Assembly: GCA_045646965.1 (NCBI GenBank)
Contig: JAZRLR010000006.1
Span: 234-64,233 of the forward strand
Direction of reading: 5' to 3'
DNA length: 64,000 bases
Origin: Bacteroidaceae bacterium
Lineage (GTDB): Bacteria; Bacteroidota; Bacteroidia; Bacteroidales; Bacteroidaceae
Position numbers and translations under genes: made by a program. This document shows positions 10,948-19,365 of this stretch, piece after piece. A model generated the notes under the pieces. The model was not told the DNA's origin. It saw nothing but the letters and a program-made list of their open reading frames with translations, and ran no database searches. Positions within the stretch are counted from its first letter, which is position 1, and every line of letters starts with the position of its first letter.

Positions 10948-12678
10948 ATGTACCGTTTGTTGCGCATACTTCTTTTGTCGCTGCTGCTCCCCGTGGGGGC
11001 ATCGGCCGCGGCGGTGTGTCCGCCCGATTCCATAGAGCGTGCGCGCGCGGTCGATTACTTCTTTCTGCAGGCCCACTCTATGATTGAGCAGCAGAAATAC
11101 GATGCCGCATACGATATCCTGGAGCATTGCCGCTTCCTGCAGCCCGAATCCTCGGCCATACAATACGACCTTGCCAATCTCTATTACTTCCTCGGACGCA
11201 GGGAAAAGACCATTGAGATTCTGCGCGAGATAGTTACCGACAACCCGCACAATCACCAGTTCTGGCAGCACTATGTATATGCTCTCGACAGGGAGGGTAT
11301 GGTGGAAGAGCTTCTTGCCGCCTATGAAGAGATGCTTACGCTCTTCCCCGAAAAAAGCGAAAATTATATAAACCTTGCGTCGCGTTACACCGAGCGTGGC
11401 GACTATGCCAAGTCTATAGCTGTGCTCGAAAGATATGAGGCCGTGGAGGGTGCCGGTGAGATAGTGACTATGATGAAACATCACAACTATGTTATGATGG
11501 GCGACAAAGCCGCAGCCATATCCTCGGTGGAGTCTCTCATAGCCGAGAACCCCGCCTCCGACCAGTACCTCTCCCTGCTTGGCGATACATACGGCATATT
11601 TGGCGACGAGGCGCAGGCCATTGCCGTGCATAGCAAGGTGCTTGCCGAAACCCCCGACAGCTACAGCTCGTTGCTCACAATGACAAACCATAGCCGCGAA
11701 ACAAAAAACGACTCACTCTACACTCTGTATGCCGAGCGTCTCTTCAAGAGCGAGAAGTGTCCCGACGAATCCCGTGCCGAAGAGCTTAAAGAGTATGTCA
11801 ATTACAAAGACAGCCGTGAAGAGGTGCAGAGCGTGCTCTCGCTGCTCGACGAGCTTGTGGACATCCCCCACGCTTTCAATGCTGCATCTTTGGTTTTTAT
11901 GGCCTATACGCGCTATAGGGCACTCCCCGAGGAGCAGGCGCGCGGCACGCTGGAAAAGATACTCCGCTTGGAGCCCGACAACAAAGGAGCCCACCTGTAT
12001 CTGCTGCAGTATGCCGTGGCACGCAACGACTACAACGAAATCATCTCGCATTGCGATGCCGCGCTTATGTATTACCCCGATATGCTCACCCTCTATTTCT
12101 ACCGTGGCTTGAGCTGCGACCAGCTGGGCAGGAAAAAAGAGGCGATAGAGACCTATCTGAACGGAGTGACAAAATGCAGCGACAGTGCTGACACCGACGC
12201 TCTCTCCGACATATATGCGCTGCTTGGCGACACTTATCACGAGCTCGGTCAGAAAGACAAATCAATGTGTGCCTATGACAGCGCGCTCGTATACAACGCA
12301 AATAACACGGGTGTGCTCAATAATTACGCCTATTACCTTGCCCTCGATAACAGAGAGCTCGAAAAGGCACTCGATATGAGCGCACGCACCCTGCATATGG
12401 AGCCCGACGAGCCCATATATATAGACACATACGCTTGGATACTCTTTCTGCTTGAGCGTTACGACGAGGCGGCAGAGTATGCCGACAAACTGATGCAGAT
12501 GGAGGCCGAGCGCAGCGCGGTGGAATATCATCACTGCGGCGACATATATGCAAAGACGGGCGACATAGAGCGAGCCCTCGAGTGCTGGCAGACAGCCTTT
12601 GAGAAGGGCGACGACTCAAAGATTCTCAAACGCAAGATAAAAAAGAAACAATATATTCCCGATGGTAAGAAAAAGTAG
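10948..12678 (+). CDS. Tetratricopeptide-repeat protein with signal peptide
   Basis: 576-aa ORF with a hydrophobic N-terminus. It contains many 34-aa TPR-like units (for example AAYDILEHCRFLQPESSAIQYDLANLYYFLGRREKTIEIL and ALLGDTYHELGQKDKSMCAYDSALVYNANN). It follows dut, as in many Bacteroidales. Confidence 0.8.
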   Translation: MYRLLRILLLSLLLPVGASAAAVCPPDSIERARAVDYFFLQAHSMIEQQKYDAAYDILEHCRFLQPESSAIQYDLANLYYFLGRREKTIEILREIVTDNPHNHQFWQHYVYALDREGMVEELLAAYEEMLTLFPEKSENYINLASRYTERGDYAKSIAVLERYEAVEGAGEIVTMMKHHNYVMMGDKAAAISSVESLIAENPASDQYLSLLGDTYGIFGDEAQAIAVHSKVLAETPDSYSSLLTMTNHSRETKNDSLYTLYAERLFKSEKCPDESRAEELKEYVNYKDSREEVQSVLSLLDELVDIPHAFNAASLVFMAYTRYRALPEEQARGTLEKILRLEPDNKGAHLYLLQYAVARNDYNEIISHCDAALMYYPDMLTLYFYRGLSCDQLGRKKEAIETYLNGVTKCSDSADTDALSDIYALLGDTYHELGQKDKSMCAYDSALVYNANNTGVLNNYAYYLALDNRELEKALDMSARTLHMEPDEPIYIDTYAWILFLLERYDEAAEYADKLMQMEAERSAVEYHHCGDIYAKTGDIERALECWQTAFEKGDDSKILKRKIKKKQYIPDGKKK

Positions 12679-13471
12679 TATACTGATGCTTGTGGTTGCG
12701 GTGCTGTTTCTTGCAGGCTGCAAATCAAAGAAAGTAGTCGAGCAGGGCATCGCTCCTGCCGAGGTAGCTCTCATAAAGAGTCTCCCCGCGGTGTCGGGCA
12801 CGGCAGAGTCCTACTCGGCGACGGCGAAACTTGCGGTAGAGGCTACGGGCAAGAGTATATCCTCGTCGGGCAGAATCAAGGTGAAAGAGGGCGAGGGCAT
12901 ACAGATAGGCATCACCCCCCTGGGGCTCTTCGAGGCTGCCTGTATCGACTTCAGGCCCGGCGACCTCACCTATGTAAACAAGATGAAAGGGGAGTATGCG
13001 CGTGTCGATTATAACGCAGTTCCCCTGCTTGCCAAGTGCGGCATAAATTACGAGCTCCTCGAGTCTGTAATGCTCGGCAGGGTATTCCTGCCACAGGGTG
13101 TCTGCATAGAGGATATTGCGGCTGTGGGAGGTGTTTCGCACAGCGACGGCCTTCTCCTGCTCACAACAGAACGCGACGATATAAGATATAGTTTCTATAT
13201 CGATTCCACAGTGGGAACGCTTGTGAAAAGCTGCGGGGAGCGCAAGGGCGGTATCACGGTCACCTGTGTATATGGCGATTTCACCGATACAGCCGAGGGC
13301 AAGGCGCCTACCCGCATAATAATTTCGCTCGACTCTCCGTCGGTGGCCGCCACACTCACCCTCTCGTTGAGCAAGATAAAAACCCCCGCCACATTCAAAG
13401 CTACAACCCTCTCGCCCTCCTATAAGAGAGTTCTTGTGGGCGATTTACTCAAAGAGCTCGGCATTAAATAA
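12662..13471 (+). CDS. Lipoprotein, DUF4292-like (LolB-like fold family)
   Basis: 269-aa ORF overlapping the TPR gene by 17 nt. Lipobox VLFLAGC. Its position (dut-TPR-this-M23) matches the conserved Bacteroidetes arrangement. The family call is by context and recollection only. Confidence 0.55.
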   Translation: MVRKSSILMLVVAVLFLAGCKSKKVVEQGIAPAEVALIKSLPAVSGTAESYSATAKLAVEATGKSISSSGRIKVKEGEGIQIGITPLGLFEAACIDFRPGDLTYVNKMKGEYARVDYNAVPLLAKCGINYELLESVMLGRVFLPQGVCIEDIAAVGGVSHSDGLLLLTTERDDIRYSFYIDSTVGTLVKSCGERKGGITVTCVYGDFTDTAEGKAPTRIIISLDSPSVAATLTLSLSKIKTPATFKATTLSPSYKRVLVGDLLKELGIK

Positions 13472-13482
13472 GCAAATAAAGA

Positions 13483-14745
13483 ATGAAAAAACACATAAAG
13501 ATATTTCTTTCGCTGTTCCTCTTCACTCTCTGTTCCACAATGGCTGTGGCACAGACTAAAGAGATAAAGGAGATGCGCCTCAAAGTGGGTGCGTTGCAGA
13601 AAGAGATTGCGCAGAAAGAGAATATTCTCCTCTCGTCGAAAAAGGATATAAACGCAAAACTCCAGAACCTCGACCTGCTCACCGCCCGCATAAACGAACG
13701 CAAGAAGATTATAAAACTTCTCACAGCCGAGGTGGCAGCAGTGAACGGCGAGATAACGCTCCTCAACAAAGAGGTGGCGGCCAATGAGGCGCGTGTGGAG
13801 ACATCGAAACGCGAGTATGCCTCGTCGTTGCAGCGTGCCCGTCGTTACGGCGGTTTCCGCAATAAACTGGTGTTTATAATTTCTGCGGGCGACTTTAATA
13901 GTATGATGCGCCGTTACCGCTATGCCGGGCAGTATATGCAGGCATATAAGCAGAAGGGCGAGGAACTGAAAACAGCCATTGAGGAGCTGCAGGCGAAAAA
14001 AAATGAACTCGACAGCATCTTGTCGCTCAAGCGCGTCTCGCTCGACGAGCAGACACACCAGCGCAAGGCTATGCAGCAGCTCGAGGAGGAGCAGCGCAAC
14101 CTCGTCAAGGAGCTGCGCAAGGAGTCGCGCAAGGTGGAGAAGGAGCTCAAGTCGCAGCGCGCACAGCTGCAGAAACTGAACGCAGCCATAGAAAAGGCCA
14201 TCGACCGCGAGATAGAGGCGCAGAAGGCACGTGAGCGTGCCGCAGCCAAGAAGAAAACCCCTGCCGACAAGAAGAAACCCGAGAAAAACTCGGCCGTGGT
14301 TATGAAAGAGGATGAGGGTGTGCGCAAGATGACAGGCTCCTTTCTACAGAACAAGGGCAAGCTGCCTGCGCCCATCACAGGCCCCTTCCACGTAGTGGGT
14401 AACTTCGGCCCTCAAAAGGGTGTCGCAGGCAAGGGCACGGTGCAGATAGACTACGGCGGCATTACACTGGGCGGCGAGCGCGGAGCAAAGGCTCGTTGCG
14501 TCTTCGAGGGCAGGGTGACATCGGTTATACGTCAGGGCGATTTTGCCTTTGTGCTTGTGCGTCACGGCAAATATATCACGGTCTATTGCCGCCTCGACGA
14601 TATTACGGTAAAGGAGGGCGACAAGCTCAAGGCAGGCGATATAATTGGCACGGTGGCCACCGACGCTTCGGGGCACACACGCCTGCTCTTTCAGTTGCGC
14701 AATGAAAAGACAAAGCTCAATCCTATGCAGTGGTTAAAGATATAA
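13483..14745 (+). CDS. EnvC-like murein hydrolase activator (coiled coil plus degenerate LytM/M23 domain)
   Basis: 420-aa ORF with a signal peptide and a long Glu/Lys/Gln-rich coiled coil. The C-terminal M23-like domain reads GTVQIDYGG...VLVRHGKYITVYCRL...GDIIGTVATDASGHTRLLFQLR. The metal-binding His positions appear substituted. Confidence 0.75.
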   Translation: MKKHIKIFLSLFLFTLCSTMAVAQTKEIKEMRLKVGALQKEIAQKENILLSSKKDINAKLQNLDLLTARINERKKIIKLLTAEVAAVNGEITLLNKEVAANEARVETSKREYASSLQRARRYGGFRNKLVFIISAGDFNSMMRRYRYAGQYMQAYKQKGEELKTAIEELQAKKNELDSILSLKRVSLDEQTHQRKAMQQLEEEQRNLVKELRKESRKVEKELKSQRAQLQKLNAAIEKAIDREIEAQKARERAAAKKKTPADKKKPEKNSAVVMKEDEGVRKMTGSFLQNKGKLPAPITGPFHVVGNFGPQKGVAGKGTVQIDYGGITLGGERGAKARCVFEGRVTSVIRQGDFAFVLVRHGKYITVYCRLDDITVKEGDKLKAGDIIGTVATDASGHTRLLFQLRNEKTKLNPMQWLKI

Positions 14746-14767
14746 CTCCCTGCGGGCGGGTAGGCAT

Positions 14768-14803
14768 AAAAAAATGATTCAGCTTTTGCTGAATCATTTT
14801 TTT
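14768..14803. terminator. Bidirectional terminator between convergent genes
   Basis: Stem ATGATTCAGC (14774-14783), loop TTTT, stem GCTGAATCAT (14788-14797). An A-run precedes it and a T-run follows it. Confidence 0.8.
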
Positions 14804-14819
14804 ATGTAGTATGGGGATA

Positions 14820-15944
14820 TTATCCCAGAACTCTCTTGAAGCGCTCTATGAAGTCGGCGGCCTGCTCCATTGTGAGTGTGAGGGGCGGCAACAGACGTAT
14901 CACGTTTGTACCGCTTACGCCGGTAAACACGTGCTCCTCAAAGAGCAGGCGACGGCGTATATCCTTTATAGGCTCATCAAACTCCATACCTATCATAAGT
15001 CCGCAACCGCGCACCTCCTTTATCTGTGGCAGTTTCTTGAGCTCGCTCATTAGGTAGTTGCCCACGGCGTTCACATTGTCGAGCAGCTTCTCCTCCTGCA
15101 TAACCTCGAGCACTGCCTGCGCGGCCGCGCAGGCGAGGTGGTTACCGCCGAATGTGGTGCCGAGCTCTCCATATACAGCCTCGAATTTGGGGCTTATGAG
15201 CACGCAGCCCACGGGGAAACCGTTACCTATGCCCTTGGCCTGTGTTATGATATCGGGGCGTATGCCTGCCCACTGGTGGGCAAAGAACTTACCGCTGCGG
15301 CCACATCCGCTCTGTATCTCGTCGAGGATAAGGGTGGTGTTTGTGGCGTTACACTCCTTCTGCAATTCCTGCAGGAATGTAGCGTCGGGTATTCTGATAC
15401 CTCCTACTCCCTGTATTCCCTCAATTATAACAGCTGTGACATCGCCTTTTGCAATCTCGCGGCGCACTCCCTCTATATCTCCAAGTTGCAGATATGTGGT
15501 GTGTCCGTTGCTGTTTATGGGGGCAATTATTTTGGGGTTATCTGTAATCTCCACCGCAAGCGATGTGCGTCCGTGGAAAGCCTTGTTAAAAGCAATTACA
15601 CGGGTGCGTCCGTTCTTGAACGAAGAGAGTTTCAGAGCGTTCTCGTTGGCCTCGGCTCCCGAGTTTATGAAGAAGAGGTTGTAGTCTTCGTAACCGCTCA
15701 CCTTGCCCAGTAGCTCGGCTACATCGCTCTGCAGTTTGTTTATCACCGAGTTAGAGTAGAAGCCGAGTGTGGCTACCTGCTTGCTTATGTAATCGACATA
15801 CTTGGGGTGTGCGTGGCCTATCGAAATAACTGCGTGGCCTCCGTAGAGGTCGAGGTATTCTGTGCCTTTGTCGTCCCACACTCGACATCCTTCGCCCTTT
15901 ACGATGTTTATATCGAAGAGCGGATATACATCATACAATTTCAT
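14820..15944 (-). CDS. argD: Acetylornithine (or succinylornithine) aminotransferase, class III PLP enzyme
   Basis: The listed ORF runs 14820-16007. It is trimmed to the ATG at 15944 (MKLYDVYPLFDINIVKGEG...). Class-III aminotransferase blocks are present: LDLYGGHAVISIGHAHP, NSGAEANE, LILDEIQSGCGRSGK, DIITQAKGIGNGFP. It is the last gene of the arg operon. Confidence 0.9.
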   Translation of the reverse strand: MKLYDVYPLFDINIVKGEGCRVWDDKGTEYLDLYGGHAVISIGHAHPKYVDYISKQVATLGFYSNSVINKLQSDVAELLGKVSGYEDYNLFFINSGAEANENALKLSSFKNGRTRVIAFNKAFHGRTSLAVEITDNPKIIAPINSNGHTTYLQLGDIEGVRREIAKGDVTAVIIEGIQGVGGIRIPDATFLQELQKECNATNTTLILDEIQSGCGRSGKFFAHQWAGIRPDIITQAKGIGNGFPVGCVLISPKFEAVYGELGTTFGGNHLACAAAQAVLEVMQEEKLLDNVNAVGNYLMSELKKLPQIKEVRGCGLMIGMEFDEPIKDIRRRLLFEEHVFTGVSGTNVIRLLPPLTLTMEQAADFIERFKRVLG

Positions 15945-15957
15945 CTTTCTTCTCTTT

Positions 15958-16926
15958 TTAGAATGCCGAGGGTTTGAGTTTGAGTCCCACTGTCTCCTCG
16001 AGGCCAAAGAGCAGGTTCATATTGTGCACCGCCTGTCCGCTGGCACCCTTCAACAGGTTGTCGATGATTGAGGTGATGAGCAGTTTGTTGCCGTGCTTCT
16101 CAAGGTGTATGAGACACTTGTTTGTGTTCACAACCTGCTTGAGGTCGAGGGGCTTGTTTATAATGTGTGTGAAAGAGTCGCGCTCGTAGTAGCTCTCGTA
16201 GAGCTTGTACACGGTCTCAATGTCGAGGTCGCACTTCAGAACTATTGTGGTGAATATTCCGCGGGGGAAGTCGCCACGATAGGGGATGAAGTCAATTTCG
16301 CCGTCGAAGTCGGGCTGCAACTGTTTCACGCATTGCAGAATCTCGGGCAGGTGCTGGTGTGTGAAAGGCTTGTAGATGCTTATATTGTTATTACGCCAGC
16401 TGTAGTGTGTCGTTGCCGAGGGTTTTACACCCGCGCCAGTGCTTCCTGTGATGGCGTTTACCGAGATATCGCCCTTGAGCAGGTGCTCCTTTGCCAAAGG
16501 CAGAAGACCGAGCTCTATGCAGGTGGCGAAACAGCCGGGGTTTGCCACATAGCGGCTCTTGCAGGTGGCGCGACGGTTAAGTTCGGGCAAGCCGTATATG
16601 AAGTCGTGGTCACACGACTTTATTCTGTAGTCCATAGAGAGGTCGATGACCTTGAGTTCGTCGGGCAACTGTGTGCACTCGAGGAACTTGCGTGTGTCGC
16701 CGTGTGCTGTGCAGAAATAGAGCAGGTCAATCTCTTCAAAGGGCATCTTGTCGGTGAAGACAAGGTCGGTCTCGCCAAGCAGGCCCGCGTGAACGTCTGT
16801 TATGCGATTGCCGGCATTGCTGCTGCTGTGTACAAATTTTATCTCAACTTCGGGGTGTCCGAGCAGGAGGCGGAGCAACTCTCCAGCCGTGTATCCGGCA
16901 CCGCCGATAATTCCAACTTTTATCAT
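15958..16926 (-). CDS. argC: N-acetyl-gamma-glutamyl-phosphate reductase
   Basis: The listed ORF runs 15958-17040. It is trimmed to the ATG at 16926 (MIKVGIIGGAGYTAGELLRLL...). Contains the Rossmann GxxGxxG motif and the active-site segment NPGCFAT. Confidence 0.92.
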   Translation of the reverse strand: MIKVGIIGGAGYTAGELLRLLLGHPEVEIKFVHSSSNAGNRITDVHAGLLGETDLVFTDKMPFEEIDLLYFCTAHGDTRKFLECTQLPDELKVIDLSMDYRIKSCDHDFIYGLPELNRRATCKSRYVANPGCFATCIELGLLPLAKEHLLKGDISVNAITGSTGAGVKPSATTHYSWRNNNISIYKPFTHQHLPEILQCVKQLQPDFDGEIDFIPYRGDFPRGIFTTIVLKCDLDIETVYKLYESYYERDSFTHIINKPLDLKQVVNTNKCLIHLEKHGNKLLITSIIDNLLKGASGQAVHNMNLLFGLEETVGLKLKPSAF

Positions 16927-16949
16927 TGTATGGTGTGTGTCGATGGTTA

Positions 16950-18152
16950 TTAAATCTTCTCGTCGGGGTGGTTGGCATAGTAGGCGCGCAAGGGGGTAGA
17001 TGTAACCTTGATAAAGCCTTTGGCCTCCTCGGCTGTCCATCCCTTCTGTGTCTCGCCATATTCTCCCAACTTGTTCTTCACAAGGTCGTTGGGCGAGTCT
17101 ACACCCACAGTCTCAAAGTGCTTGGGCATCAGCTTGAGGATTGCTGTACCTGTTACGTTGCGCTGTGAGCTCTCGAGCATAGCCTCGATGTCGCGCATAA
17201 CGGGCTCCAGGTACTGGCTCTCGTGCAGGAACATACCATACCAGTTGGCTACCTGGTCTTTCCAGTACTGCTGCCATTTGCTCAATGTATATTTCTCGAG
17301 GAATTTGTGTGCTGCGATGATGAGCATAGGTGCTGCGGCCTCAAAGCCCACGCGTCCCTTGATACCCACGATGGTATCTCCAACGTGCATATCGCGTCCG
17401 ATGCCGTAGGCTGCTCCAATCTCCTCTACCTTCTGAATGGCTTTGATTGCGTCGTCGAACTTCTCGCCGTTTACAGCCTTGAGCTCGCCGTTCTCGAATG
17501 TGAGGTGCAACTCCTCCTCGCCGCTCTTTGTCACCTGCTTCAGGTAGGCTGTCTCGGGGAGTCCCTGTTTAGAGTCGAGAATCTCGCCACCGCAGATGCT
17601 TGTGCCCCATATACCCACGTTATATGAGTATTTAAGCTTTGTAAAGTCGGCGCTGAAGCCGTGCTCGTTCAGGTAGTTAATCTCGTACTCGCGTGTGAGT
17701 GTCATATCGCGTGTGAGGGTGATAATCTCTACGCCGGGGGCACACACAAGGAAAGTCATATCGAAACGTATCTGGTCGTTGCCTGCGCCTGTAGAGCCGT
17801 GTGCAATGGCCTCTGCGCCTATCTCGTTGGCATAGCGGGCGATGGCAAGCGCCTGAAAGATGCGCTCCGACGATACAGAGATAGGGTATGTGCCGTTGCG
17901 CAGCACGTTACCATATATCATATAGCGGAGGCTCTTGTCGTAATACTCCTGTGTAACATCGAGTGTCACATATTTTGTTGCGCCCAGCTTGTAGGCGTTC
18001 TCTTCGTTCTGTTTCAACTGTTCGGGGCTGAATCCTCCCGTGTTGGCGCAAGCGGCGTAAACCTCGTAGCCCTTCTCTTTGGCAAGGTACATAACGGTGA
18101 ACGATGTGTCGAGTCCTCCGCTGAATGCTACAACTACTTTTTTCTTTTCCAT
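16950..18152 (-). CDS. argG: Argininosuccinate synthase
   Basis: 400-aa ORF with the N-terminal PP-loop AFSGGLDTS, plus HGSTGAGNDQIRF and GRVGFEAAAP. Confidence 0.95.
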   Translation of the reverse strand: MEKKKVVVAFSGGLDTSFTVMYLAKEKGYEVYAACANTGGFSPEQLKQNEENAYKLGATKYVTLDVTQEYYDKSLRYMIYGNVLRNGTYPISVSSERIFQALAIARYANEIGAEAIAHGSTGAGNDQIRFDMTFLVCAPGVEIITLTRDMTLTREYEINYLNEHGFSADFTKLKYSYNVGIWGTSICGGEILDSKQGLPETAYLKQVTKSGEEELHLTFENGELKAVNGEKFDDAIKAIQKVEEIGAAYGIGRDMHVGDTIVGIKGRVGFEAAAPMLIIAAHKFLEKYTLSKWQQYWKDQVANWYGMFLHESQYLEPVMRDIEAMLESSQRNVTGTAILKLMPKHFETVGVDSPNDLVKNKLGEYGETQKGWTAEEAKGFIKVTSTPLRAYYANHPDEKI

Positions 18153-18183
18153 ATTATAATGTATATTATTTTATTGTTAATTT

Positions 18184-18741
18184 TTACTTATGTTTTGCGG
18201 GGTCGTAGAGCATAGCTGTGCAGATGCAGTAGCGACGGTCTGTGCGCTCAAGTACATCGTGGTTTATGCAACCCTCACAGCCTTTCCAGAAGGCGTCGTC
18301 GTCGGTGAGCTCCGAGAAGGGTACGGGCACATAGCCAAGCTCTGTGTTTATCTTCATTACCGCACCGCCGCTTGTGAGACCAAAGAGCTTTGCCTCGGGC
18401 CAGAGCTTGCGCGAGAGGTCGAATGCGGTCTTTTTAATGCGCTTTGCAAGGCCGTGACGGCGGAACTTGTCCACCACGATGAGGCCCGAATTGGCTACGT
18501 AGTGCTTGTTTCCCCAGCTCTCTATGTAGCAGAAACCTGCAAACTCCTCTCCGCAGAGGGCTATAATTGCCTTGCCCTCTTTCATCTTCTGCGCAACGTA
18601 GTCGTGTGTGCGCTCGGCGATACCTGTGCCGCGCACCTTTGCCGCTGCTCTGATTGTGTCGAGTATCTCATCGACATATTTCTCGTGTGAGGCATTGGCT
18701 ATGATTACCTCAATGCCGTCATCATATATTACATTTTCCAT
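18184..18741 (-). CDS. GNAT-family acyltransferase embedded in the arg operon (candidate N-acyl-glutamate synthase)
   Basis: 185-aa ORF between argR and argG (2-nt and 31-nt gaps). The acyl-CoA-binding-like segment is VVDKFRRHGLAKRI. Confidence 0.7.
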   Translation of the reverse strand: MENVIYDDGIEVIIANASHEKYVDEILDTIRAAAKVRGTGIAERTHDYVAQKMKEGKAIIALCGEEFAGFCYIESWGNKHYVANSGLIVVDKFRRHGLAKRIKKTAFDLSRKLWPEAKLFGLTSGGAVMKINTELGYVPVPFSELTDDDAFWKGCEGCINHDVLERTDRRYCICTAMLYDPAKHK

Positions 18742-18742
18742 T

Positions 18743-19225
18743 TTATATATTGGGTATAATAGTTCTTAATGCTCGGAGTACAGCTCCACGGCTTGCGTCC
18801 TCTGCTATAATAAGCATCACTGTGTCGTCGCCCGCAAGGGTTCCTATAATCTCGGGGAACTCGTAGTTATCGATGTGATAGGCGAGTGTGCTTGCGTAGC
18901 TGGGCTTTGTGTGTATGACAGCTATGTTACCCGAGAATTTTATGGACAGAAAACCGTTTACCTCTTGCACTGGGGTGATGGGGCGCATTTCGCCGCTCTC
19001 TCCCTCGTGACGATATTGATGTGGGCGTGTCAGAACATATCGGTAACGCCCTTGAACACCTACGCTCTTCACAACCCGCAGCTGGTGAAGGTCGCGCGAC
19101 AGGGTGGCCTGTGTGAGCTTGAAACCCTCTTTGGCAAGCTCGCTCAACAGCTCCTCCTGGCTGCCTATCTCCTGCGTAGAGAGTATGAGGCGTATGGCGT
19201 CGAGACGTGAATTTTTTATCTTCAT
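18743..19225 (-). CDS. argR: Arginine repressor
   Basis: The listed ORF runs 18743-19273. It is trimmed to the ATG at 19225 (MKIKNSRLDAIRLILSTQEIGSQEELLSELAKEGFKLTQATLSRDLHQL...). It has the winged-helix N-domain and the C-terminal GTLAGDDTV oligomerisation/arginine-binding motif. Confidence 0.9.
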   Translation of the reverse strand: MKIKNSRLDAIRLILSTQEIGSQEELLSELAKEGFKLTQATLSRDLHQLRVVKSVGVQGRYRYVLTRPHQYRHEGESGEMRPITPVQEVNGFLSIKFSGNIAVIHTKPSYASTLAYHIDNYEFPEIIGTLAGDDTVMLIIAEDASRGAVLRALRTIIPNI

Positions 19226-19251
19226 AATTGTATATTTATTCTTGCGAGCTG

Positions 19252-19284
19252 CAAAAGTAGTATATTTACACAATTATGCATAAT
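19252..19284 (-). promoter_or_regulatory. Candidate arg operon promoter (-7 box TACTTTTG) with an adjacent 12-bp perfect palindrome ATTATGCATAAT
   Basis: On the minus strand, TACTTTTG (19259-19252) lies 27 nt upstream of the argR ATG. ATTATGCATAAT (19273-19284) is self-complementary, AT-rich and placed where a -33 element would be. Confidence 0.35.
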
Positions 19285-19322
19285 AATTTTACCGTTTTTT
19301 GCAAGAAATAGCAATAAAACGG

Positions 19323-19357
19323 TAAAAAATATGCAACAAAAGTTCTTTGCTGCATAT
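19323..19357 (-). terminator. Rho-independent terminator after the inositol-3-phosphate synthase gene
   Basis: The minus strand reads ATATGCAGCAAAG-AACT-TTTGTTGCATAT followed by TTTTTT. It lies 9 nt after the stop codon. Confidence 0.7.
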
Positions 19358-19365
19358 TTTGTCTG

